Shown here: positions 55,455 through 62,755 of the stretch, one piece after another
Numbering within the stretch: position 1 is the first letter of the stretch
Layout: every line of letters starts with the position of its first letter
Source of the DNA: Bacteriovoracia bacterium
Lineage (GTDB): Bacteria; Bdellovibrionota; UBA1018; CAIPTA01
Reading direction: 5' to 3'
Length of the DNA: 64,000 nt
Assembly (NCBI GenBank): GCA_050246755.1
Contig: JBFWVL010000004.1
Location: 32,001 to 96,000 of the forward strand
Notes under the pieces: generated by a model
Told to the model about the DNA's origin: nothing
Seen by the model: the letters and a program-made list of their open reading frames with translations, nothing else
Databases searched by the model: none
Position numbers and translations under genes: made by a program

Positions 55455-56324
55455 TCACGCGAAGCCAACCCACGCTCCCGCAAGTGCCAGGCACGCCAAG
55501 GTAGCGGAAAATAAAGTGACGGCCGCGCCGAATTTTCCGCCGCCCCTGACTAAAGCCAAGATTGTTTTAGCGCCAAGGCTGGCGCACATTGCGGTTACCA
55601 GCATCCATAAAGCTTGGCGCGTTTCTATCTGACCCTCCGTGAAAAGAGTAGCGGTGGCCAGAGATAGTGCGTGCAGCTCGAAGAGACCGGAAATACCGGC
55701 GGACGCGAGGCGCCCAAAATTGCCGGCATGCTTTTGGCCCAGGGCGATCAGCCCAAGAATTAGGGCCAAAAATAAGGACAGGCGCATGACTGCCTGGAGG
55801 CTTGGCGGCGCCGGTGGAAACGGAAAAGGCGGGCATTTCTCCGGTCTGGAGAGGAAGATGATGGTGCCTGCGCCTACGGCAATAGGAGCGAATACTAGGG
55901 CCGCTAGAGGCATGAACAAAGTGGGTGCAGCTATCACCACGATTACAAACATTTCCGAAATGGAAGCAAGTTGCCCGCTCATCGCCCTTATGGTGAGCGG
56001 CCGCCAGGCATCTGGGTTGATCCGCGCTAGCTTAGCGGCGCTCAGTATCAAAACTGTGCTGGATATGAGTCCGGAGAGAAATCCAATGACTAGGTTGCTC
56101 TCCTGGCCTTTGATTTTAGTGGTAACGTAAAAGCTAAAATATTCAATGGCGGTAATGAGCAGCACGATTGATATAAATTTCTTCGGGTTAAAAATTCCCC
56201 AATGGTCGATCACTTGATCCTCCAGGAGGAAATAAAGCAAGAGGCCGGTGCAAAACAAAAGAGGCGGAAGTAAAAGCCTGGCCACTTTTGTTTTGCGCCC
56301 AGCCATGATCGAGAGATCTTTCAC
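55455..56324 (-). CDS. DUF4010-like membrane protein without the N-terminal MgtC domain
   Basis: WGIFNP...GFLSGLISST..., ISGLFELHA. Confidence 0.7.
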   Translation of the reverse strand: MKDLSIMAGRKTKVARLLLPPLLFCTGLLLYFLLEDQVIDHWGIFNPKKFISIVLLITAIEYFSFYVTTKIKGQESNLVIGFLSGLISSTVLILSAAKLARINPDAWRPLTIRAMSGQLASISEMFVIVVIAAPTLFMPLAALVFAPIAVGAGTIIFLSRPEKCPPFPFPPAPPSLQAVMRLSLFLALILGLIALGQKHAGNFGRLASAGISGLFELHALSLATATLFTEGQIETRQALWMLVTAMCASLGAKTILALVRGGGKFGAAVTLFSATLACLALAGAWVGFA

Positions 56325-56334
56325 TTACGAGGGC

Positions 56335-57783
56335 CTAGTCATTGCCATTGAGATCGCCGGCTTTGGCGAGGTCTTCTTCTTCTGGAGAGTCGGCAGGAAC
56401 CAGCCCTAACTCACGCTCTTTCCGATACAAAGTACGGCGGTTGATACCGAGAATTTGGGCGGCCTTATCTTTTCGGCCGGCTGTTTTTTCCAAAATTACT
56501 CGGATATAGCGCTCTTCAAGCTGAGCCACGGTAGGGAAGTCTTCGATCGCTCCCGAAAAAAATGTCTCCGGATTCTGGGTCTCTTGGCTGGGAAGATCTT
56601 CTTCGTCGATCAATGAATGCGTGCAGAGGACCACGGCCCGCTCTACCACGTTTTCAAGCTCTCTCACGTTTCCTTCCCATTTTAGGCCCATGAGCTTAGC
56701 CATGGCGCGTTTGCTGAAGCCTTTCACTTTTGCATTATTCACGGCAGAATATTTTTTCAAAAAATGTTCGGCCAGCAGAGGGATGTCGTCGCGGCGGCTG
56801 CGCAAGGAGGGGATCACGATGGGAATCACGCTAAGCCGGTAGTAGAGATCCTCGCGAAACCGGCCTTCGCGGATTGCGGCCTTGAGATCCTTGTGAGTGG
56901 CGGCCACGATTCTTACATCTACGGGGCGATCCACGTTCTCTCCTACTGCCCGTACTTTTCTTTCTTGAATTACCCGCAGCAATTTCGACTGGAGCAGCGG
57001 ATTCATATCTCCGATTTCATCCAAAAAAAGCGTTCCGCCTTCGGCTTCTTCGAAGAGGCCGCGTTTTCGCTGGATCGCGCCGGTAAAGGAGCCTTTGGCG
57101 TGGCCGAAAAGCTCGCTTTCCAGGAGGCTTTCCGGGATTGCCGTGCAATTGATCGCGATAAAAGGCTTATTGGCGCGCGGCCCGCTCTCATGAATCGCCC
57201 GGGCGACCATTTCTTTACCCGAGCCGCTCTCACCGGTGATCAGCACATTGGCGGTAGCATGGGAAACCCTGGCTACCAAATCGAAGATCGCCTTCATGGA
57301 GGCGCTTTTGCCGATCACCTTTCCCATCGAAAAGAATTTTTTTACTTCCTGTCGCAAGGCCGTATTGTCGCGTTGGAGCTTTCGGTGCTCGGCAGCCCGC
57401 TCTACATTCACGGCCATTTCGGCCAGTTTGAAGGGTTTTACTACGTAATGAAAGGCTCCCCGGCGCATGGCCTCAATCGCCGTTTCGATGCTGCCAAAGG
57501 CGGTAATTAAGATCACCGGAATTTCGGGGCGAAGGTTTTGCAAGCGGGCCGTAAACTCTAGGCCGTCCATTTGTGGCATTTTAATATCAGAAATAATCAG
57601 GTCGATGTCCCCGGCAGGCTGGTCGGCGCCTAATTTTCCACCGGGGCTCAAAGCCTCTAAGGCATCGGTGGCCACCGGGAAGCAGTGGGCCTCGTAGCCT
57701 TCGCTTTCCAAGAAGTCGCTAAGGAGGGAGCGCATCTCTTGCTCGTCGTCCACAATAACAACTCTTCCTTTTTGGCTGGCCAT
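56335..57783 (-). CDS. NtrC-family sigma54 response regulator (REC-AAA+-Fis HTH)
   Basis: VDDE, DIKMP, GESGSGKE, ESELFGHAKGSFTGA, LFLDEIG, FREDLYYRL, GNVRELEN, AAQILGINRRTLYRK. Confidence 0.95.
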   Translation of the reverse strand: MASQKGRVVIVDDEQEMRSLLSDFLESEGYEAHCFPVATDALEALSPGGKLGADQPAGDIDLIISDIKMPQMDGLEFTARLQNLRPEIPVILITAFGSIETAIEAMRRGAFHYVVKPFKLAEMAVNVERAAEHRKLQRDNTALRQEVKKFFSMGKVIGKSASMKAIFDLVARVSHATANVLITGESGSGKEMVARAIHESGPRANKPFIAINCTAIPESLLESELFGHAKGSFTGAIQRKRGLFEEAEGGTLFLDEIGDMNPLLQSKLLRVIQERKVRAVGENVDRPVDVRIVAATHKDLKAAIREGRFREDLYYRLSVIPIVIPSLRSRRDDIPLLAEHFLKKYSAVNNAKVKGFSKRAMAKLMGLKWEGNVRELENVVERAVVLCTHSLIDEEDLPSQETQNPETFFSGAIEDFPTVAQLEERYIRVILEKTAGRKDKAAQILGINRRTLYRKERELGLVPADSPEEEDLAKAGDLNGND

Positions 57784-57820
57784 AGATCGTTCCTTCAAAT
57801 CGGATATAATGTCACCCGAA

Positions 57821-57837
57821 TGAGACAGGATGTCTCA
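57821..57837. promoter_or_regulatory. Palindromic site TGAGAC-AGGAT-GTCTCA between regulator and kinase genes
   Basis: Half-sites identical to the motif at 52790-52806. Confidence 0.7.
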
Positions 57838-57873
57838 ATTTTCCGGGCTTTCATTACCTTTTTGCTAGTATAG

Positions 57874-57889
57874 AGCAGGGCCTATGCCA
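57874..57889 (-). promoter_or_regulatory. sigma54 promoter of the NtrC-family regulator
   Basis: Minus strand TGGCATAGGCCCTGCT; a divergent variant TGGCTCGATTTTTGTA at 57908-57923 faces the kinase. Confidence 0.6.
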
Positions 57890-57936
57890 AGAGCCAGGTA
57901 GACGTTTTGGCTCGATTTTTGTAGCTTCGAGGGCAG

Positions 57937-59145
57937 ATGCCAAACAGATTCAATGTAGATGATGCCTTCAAGGCCGCCCACCCCGATGCGATGCGGGAAC
58001 TCGCGCTGGTGCGCCATGCGTTAGACCTGAGCGCGATCGTGGCGATTACCGATCGTACCGGCAAGATCATCCACGTAAACGATAAGTTTTGTGAAATTTC
58101 CAAATATGGTCGTGAAGAGCTGATCGGAAAGAATCATCGGATCATTAACTCAGGATATCACGGACGCGATTTTTTTGAGCAAATGTGGAAGAGCATCGCC
58201 ACTGGCCACGTGTGGGAAGGGGAGATCAGAAACCGCGCTAAAGATGGATCTTTTTACTGGGTGAATACCACGATCGTGCCGTTTCTCGGGGAAGACGGAA
58301 AGCCGTACGAGTACGTGTCTATCCGCTACGATATCACGCAGAAGAAACAGGCCGAAGAACAGCTACGGATTTACGCTGATGAGCTAGAGCGTAAAAATAC
58401 CGAGCTCGCTAAATCGGTACAAACCGTGGTCGACCGGGAGTCACAAATATTGATGCAGGATCGCTTGGCTTCGGTAGGTTTGCTGGCCTCGAGCTTGGCT
58501 CACGAAATCGGCACTCCGCTCGGAGTAATCCGCGGCAGAGCCGAGTATTTGGAAATAAAAATGAAAGATAATCCGGAGGCCCTCAAGACCGCCGGAGTAA
58601 TTATTTCCCAGATTGATCGCGTATCAAAGCTCATTCGCTCACTGCTCAATTTGGCCCGCGGCGATAATACGAAGAACGTTCATGCCGTTAAGCCAAAAGA
58701 AATACTGCTCGAGCTCAATGAGCTGATGGCGCATGAGTTTCGAAAGGCCGGAGTCGAATTGGAGTTAGCGCTCACCGAGGAGCAAAAGGTGCTGGCGGAA
58801 ATCGGCCCGCTCCACCAGGTTTTCATGAATCTCCTGGTGAATTCGCAGCATGCCATCGAGACCGCCAAGAGCCTTGGCAGAGATCAGGGACATTTTATTA
58901 GAATTAGCGCCGCGGAAGCAGGAAAATTCTGGGCCATTACATTATCCGATTCTGGTTGCGGGATTTCGGCGGAAAATCAGAAAAAATTATTTCAGCCTTT
59001 TTTCACTACTAAGGATATCGGCAAAGGGACTGGCCTAGGCTTGGCCACGACGTACCGGATTATTGAATCCTGGGGCGGAAAGGTGGAAGTGCAAAGCAGG
59101 GAGGGATCGGGGACGGATTTTATCTTGCTGCTCCCGAAAGCCTAG
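57937..59145 (+). CDS. Soluble PAS-domain histidine kinase
   Basis: PAS (IGKNHRIINSGYH...MW...WEGEIRNRAKDGSFYWV), H-box LAHEIGTPL, N, G1, F and G2 boxes; no TM helix. Confidence 0.93.
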   Translation: MPNRFNVDDAFKAAHPDAMRELALVRHALDLSAIVAITDRTGKIIHVNDKFCEISKYGREELIGKNHRIINSGYHGRDFFEQMWKSIATGHVWEGEIRNRAKDGSFYWVNTTIVPFLGEDGKPYEYVSIRYDITQKKQAEEQLRIYADELERKNTELAKSVQTVVDRESQILMQDRLASVGLLASSLAHEIGTPLGVIRGRAEYLEIKMKDNPEALKTAGVIISQIDRVSKLIRSLLNLARGDNTKNVHAVKPKEILLELNELMAHEFRKAGVELELALTEEQKVLAEIGPLHQVFMNLLVNSQHAIETAKSLGRDQGHFIRISAAEAGKFWAITLSDSGCGISAENQKKLFQPFFTTKDIGKGTGLGLATTYRIIESWGGKVEVQSREGSGTDFILLLPKA

Positions 59146-59501
59146 CTCGCGCGGTCAAAGTATGTTTTTGCCATTGCCGCTATTTGCCCGTCACTAGGAT
59201 GGTCAACCGTTTCCAAGCCCACAATTTTTTTCGCTATGGCCGGATAGTGCTCTACCAGGAATGTCTGGAAATGATGCTTGGCCATGCTCGGGCCCACGAT
59301 AAGCACGCGATCGGAAGCAGAGAGCTCATCTTTGGCTTCGGCGAAAAGCGACTTTTCTTCCCGCTCGTGGTCTAGGTTATCGCGGCGGTGACTATGATGT
59401 TCCTTATGGCCGCCGCGAATTCGTTTACGCTCCATATTTTCCTCCGAAAAGTGGAAGATGCGTGCGTGCTCTCTGTCGATCCAGATAACGGAGACTTTCA
59501 T
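59142..59501 (-). CDS. eRF1 domain-2-like ('translational machinery') protein
   Basis: VIWIDREHARIF, VLIVGPSMAK, IVGLETVDHPSDGQI. Confidence 0.75.
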   Translation of the reverse strand: MKVSVIWIDREHARIFHFSEENMERKRIRGGHKEHHSHRRDNLDHEREEKSLFAEAKDELSASDRVLIVGPSMAKHHFQTFLVEHYPAIAKKIVGLETVDHPSDGQIAAMAKTYFDRAS

Positions 59502-59935
59502 TAGCGTGACTCCTGGCGTTCTGGCGGGTGGGCTTTGCGTTTCGTGTCGTTCAGGATATCGCCGAGCGCGCGCAGGCCATCCGTGGCGGTGAAAATACCG
59601 ATTACCTTCTGATTAGCGTCCTGCACTACGGCGCAGCCGAGTTTCCTGATCGCCATTGTTTCCACCACGTCGCCGATGGGGGCGTCCGGAGAAACAGTGT
59701 AGGGGTCGGGGGTCATGGCGTCGTCGACCATTAGCTGGTTCGTAGGATCGAATGATTCCGCTAGACTCAGGTCCCGATCGGTAATTACTCCCACGAGGTG
59801 GCCCGAAAACTGGACGGGCAAATGCCTAACGCCGTACGTTTTCATCATCGCCTTCGCTTTTTTAATCGGCAACCCGGAATTGACCGTATGGGCCGTCGCC
59901 GTCATATATTGTTTCACGCAGATTTTTTTTCGCAT
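59501..59935 (-). CDS. CBS-pair protein (AcuB-like)
   Basis: VRHLPV..HLVGVITDRD, MTPDPYTV, GIFTATD; ATG 59935 with a GAGG RBS. Confidence 0.9.
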   Translation of the reverse strand: MRKKICVKQYMTATAHTVNSGLPIKKAKAMMKTYGVRHLPVQFSGHLVGVITDRDLSLAESFDPTNQLMVDDAMTPDPYTVSPDAPIGDVVETMAIRKLGCAVVQDANQKVIGIFTATDGLRALGDILNDTKRKAHPPERQESR

Positions 59936-59973
59936 TTTATCCTCATTTTTAAAGCGCTTGCTAAAGCAGACAA

Positions 59974-59989
59974 CGCAGAAAACGGGCCA
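59974..59989 (-). promoter_or_regulatory. sigma54 promoter
   Basis: Minus strand TGGCCCGTTTTCTGCG. Confidence 0.6.
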
Positions 59990-60126
59990 AGTTGCGGCGC
60001 CGCCAGCTGGCTGATAATGCATCTCCGCCGGGATGGCGCCGAGCGCGTGGGATACTTCGTCTCAATTTTGGAAATTTTCGTCCCGTGGTCCAGCTAGGAT
60101 TTTTGGATTTAGGGGAAGGACGAGAA

Positions 60127-60142
60127 TGGCACGCCCATTGCT
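60127..60142 (+). promoter_or_regulatory. sigma54 promoter
   Basis: TGGCACGCCCATTGCT (full consensus); shared site TGGGAT-N5-GTCTCA at 60048-60064. Confidence 0.75.
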
Positions 60143-60193
60143 CCTGCTTACCATATAAACCAGAAGCCGAATCTCCGTGTCCCGGGAGTTATT

Positions 60194-61018
60194 ATGAAAA
60201 TGAGTAAGCTGCTACCAAGCTCTCCAGTCTGCTCGGTGCGGGCGGATTTGCCGATCGGCCAGTGCATTGCTTTGCTCAGAGATAAAGCCCTGGGCGCCCT
60301 TATAGTAGTTAGCGACAATTCCCGGGAAGAGATCGTGGGAATTTTCACGGAACGAGACCTGGTTAAAAATATTGAATTGATTCGCCGAGGCGCGTTTTGG
60401 GACACTCCGGTAAGAACCGTGATGACCGCAGCCGTTCATACTATTTCCCTGGATGACCTCCATCGGGCTCCGGAAATCATGGCTAAGCATCATATTCGTC
60501 ATCTTCCCGTGACTACGGTGGAGAAGGGGAAAACGAGGATCGTAGGCATCCTCTCCATGCGGGACCTTTTCCGGATTGTGATGGAGGAGCTGAAATACGA
60601 TCTACGGAAACTTTTTCTTCCAGGAGCACCGGCCCAGAAGAAAAAAAGTATTGTGGGTGTATTTTCCTCTGATCCGGCCGTCATTAAAGTAGTAGATGCG
60701 GCTTCAAAAACAACCTCTCGCTGCCTCGCAAGGGCGGCGCAATTCAAGGGCGGAGCGGCCGGATTGCAGAGTTACTTTGATTCTTTTCGCGCCCTACTAA
60801 TCGACCTCGATGGAATGAGCTCAGCGGATCTGACGGAATTGCTTTCGGACTGCAGGAGCTATACTGCCAGCCAGATTTTTTTAGTTTTCAACCCCGCCAC
60901 CTCGAGCAAATTACTTCGGGAGCGCTTGCACAAGCTTAGCGTGGGCGGGCATGTGAGTCTCATTGCTAAGCCGATTGCCCTTGGCCTTTTATACGAAAAA
61001 TTTTTGAAAAAGCTTTGA
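60194..61018 (+). CDS. CBS-pair protein with C-terminal receiver-like domain
   Basis: GIFTERDL, IRHLPV, GILSMRDL; C-terminal ALLIDLD...LIAKPI. Confidence 0.8.
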   Translation: MKMSKLLPSSPVCSVRADLPIGQCIALLRDKALGALIVVSDNSREEIVGIFTERDLVKNIELIRRGAFWDTPVRTVMTAAVHTISLDDLHRAPEIMAKHHIRHLPVTTVEKGKTRIVGILSMRDLFRIVMEELKYDLRKLFLPGAPAQKKKSIVGVFSSDPAVIKVVDAASKTTSRCLARAAQFKGGAAGLQSYFDSFRALLIDLDGMSSADLTELLSDCRSYTASQIFLVFNPATSSKLLRERLHKLSVGGHVSLIAKPIALGLLYEKFLKKL

Positions 61019-61078
61019 GTGAGCTTCGAGACGAAATGGCTCAGCTGGCCTGGAAACTGAATAGTCGAGGATAAATAT

Positions 61079-61525
61079 ATGCAGCCGCATCACGGAATCA
61101 AAATAGGGATGAGCGAGTTCGGCCATTGGCTTAAGCGTCTTTTTTCCCAGCCTCTTTTTCTTTTCGTAACCATTTGGGGGCATCTCGCAATCTTCATCGG
61201 CGCAGCAATGTTTCGCCATTTCGAAAATGGACTCCATCCCAATAGCATCTCCTTATTCGATGCGTACTACTGGGCTATTTCTACGGCCACTACCGTCGGA
61301 ACGGCGAATATGGCGCCGGTTTCATTGGGCGGAAAGATAGTGGCGATTGGGGTGATGATCACGGGCTCACTATTTCTTTGGTCTTATACGGCGCTATTCG
61401 CCGCTAGCGTCGTCTTGCCTTCTTTTAGGGAGATAGAGCGCGACATTCGTCTCGACACGGCCACCATACAAAAACTTCTGAAAGAGCTCGAAAAGATGAA
61501 TGCTTCCAGCGGACCACGGAAGTGA
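61079..61525 (+). CDS. Two-TM potassium-channel-like protein (Ion_trans_2)
   Basis: DAYYWAISTATTVGTANMAPVSLGGK pore region; start could be 61109. Confidence 0.75.
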   Translation: MQPHHGIKIGMSEFGHWLKRLFSQPLFLFVTIWGHLAIFIGAAMFRHFENGLHPNSISLFDAYYWAISTATTVGTANMAPVSLGGKIVAIGVMITGSLFLWSYTALFAASVVLPSFREIERDIRLDTATIQKLLKELEKMNASSGPRK

Positions 61526-62145
61526 ACGCTTTTAATCCTATGAAGCAGAAAATTGGCCACAAAGTTGTGCTTACGGGCGGACCATGCGCGGGTAAAACCA
61601 CGATGGTGCGCTTGATCGAGCAGGCCTACCCCGCCAGTGTGGTCGGGATACCTGAAGCGGCCTCCCTACTTTTTGGTGGAGGGTTCCCCCGTTTTCCGGC
61701 AGTTGAGGCCAAGCGAGCCATGCAGCGGGCGATTTTTTTTGTGCAGCACGAACTCGAGGCCGCCTACGCTGCGGAGCATCCGGAACGGACGCTGCTTCTG
61801 GATCGCGGTACGATTGATGGAGCTGCTTATTGGCCGGAGGGGCCGGAAGATTTCTTCCATGTGCTAGGAACCTCTTTTGAAGAGGAGCTAGCGCGTTATG
61901 ATAAAGTAATTTATCTATCGAGCGCCGCGGAGTCTGACTATCTCTTGCATAAGGAGAGAAATCCTAATCGCCGAGAAAGCTGGGAAGAGGCCCAAAGCCT
62001 GGATTCGCGGACATTGGAGCTCTGGCGCCGGCACCCAAACTTCACCTTAATTGCGAATAACCGCTCTTTTCAGCGGAAGGTGATGGAAGTGCTCGGCGTT
62101 TTTGCAGGAAGTCTTTCTTTTGAGGATAGCGACGGGAAGAAATAG
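61522..62145 (+). CDS. AAA_28 (NadR/TTD14-like) P-loop NTPase
   Basis: VLTGGPCAGKTT, PEAA, LLDRGTIDG. Confidence 0.8.
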   Translation: MNAFNPMKQKIGHKVVLTGGPCAGKTTMVRLIEQAYPASVVGIPEAASLLFGGGFPRFPAVEAKRAMQRAIFFVQHELEAAYAAEHPERTLLLDRGTIDGAAYWPEGPEDFFHVLGTSFEEELARYDKVIYLSSAAESDYLLHKERNPNRRESWEEAQSLDSRTLELWRRHPNFTLIANNRSFQRKVMEVLGVFAGSLSFEDSDGKK

Positions 62146-62229
62146 CTCATCCTTGCCTCAGCTTGTCTCACGGGAAATTCCAGGCCTTCCTAAAATACTC
62201 GAGAATGCAGTGCTCACGATAAAAGGTAG

Positions 62230-62245
62230 TGGCATGCCCGTTGCT
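62230..62245 (+). promoter_or_regulatory. sigma54 promoter
   Basis: TGGCATGCCCGTTGCT; site TGCCTC-N5-GTCTCA at 62154-62170. Confidence 0.75.
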
Positions 62246-62294
62246 CTAGGGAGTTCAAGGCCGCAAGGCCAATAACGAATACAAGGGAGTGGAT

Positions 62295-62687
62295 ATGAAT
62301 TTTTTTACTTTGATCCTAGCAGCTTTAAGCCTGACTTTTATGCCCGGTGCCTTCGCCAAAGAAGGAGATACCCACGAGAAAACAATCGCAATCGGCGACG
62401 TTTATATCCCTAGCGGTTTCGACTCTTCTTCCGACGCATTCGTGGTGGTCAACGGCTGGTTCCCCCACAGCTGCTATAAGCTGAAGAACGTAAAGGTAGA
62501 AAATGTTTCCGATTCTCTTCAGGAAATTACTACCAATGCCACGGTGACGGAGGGTCTTTGCTTGACGGTGATTATCCCCTTCCACAAGGAAGTGCAGCTC
62601 GGGAAACTAAGAGCCGGCACCCATACCCTTCGCTTCATGAACGGGGATGGCACTTACATGGAAAAGCAGCTCACGATCGAACGCTAG
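62295..62687 (+). CDS. Secreted hypothetical beta-sandwich protein
   Basis: GGGAG RBS, signal peptide ending AFA, two Cys, VYIPSGFDS motif. Confidence 0.75.
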   Translation: MNFFTLILAALSLTFMPGAFAKEGDTHEKTIAIGDVYIPSGFDSSSDAFVVVNGWFPHSCYKLKNVKVENVSDSLQEITTNATVTEGLCLTVIIPFHKEVQLGKLRAGTHTLRFMNGDGTYMEKQLTIER

Positions 62688-62708
62688 GTCTTGCGGTAAG
62701 TCTTTTCC

Positions 62709-62740
62709 CCTCCCCGGAGCAATTCCGGGGAGGTATTTTC
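62709..62740 (+). terminator. Rho-independent terminator
   Basis: Stem CCTCCCCGGA/TCCGGGGAGG followed by TATTTT. Confidence 0.7.
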
Positions 62741-62755
62741 GTTTAGGAGTTTACG

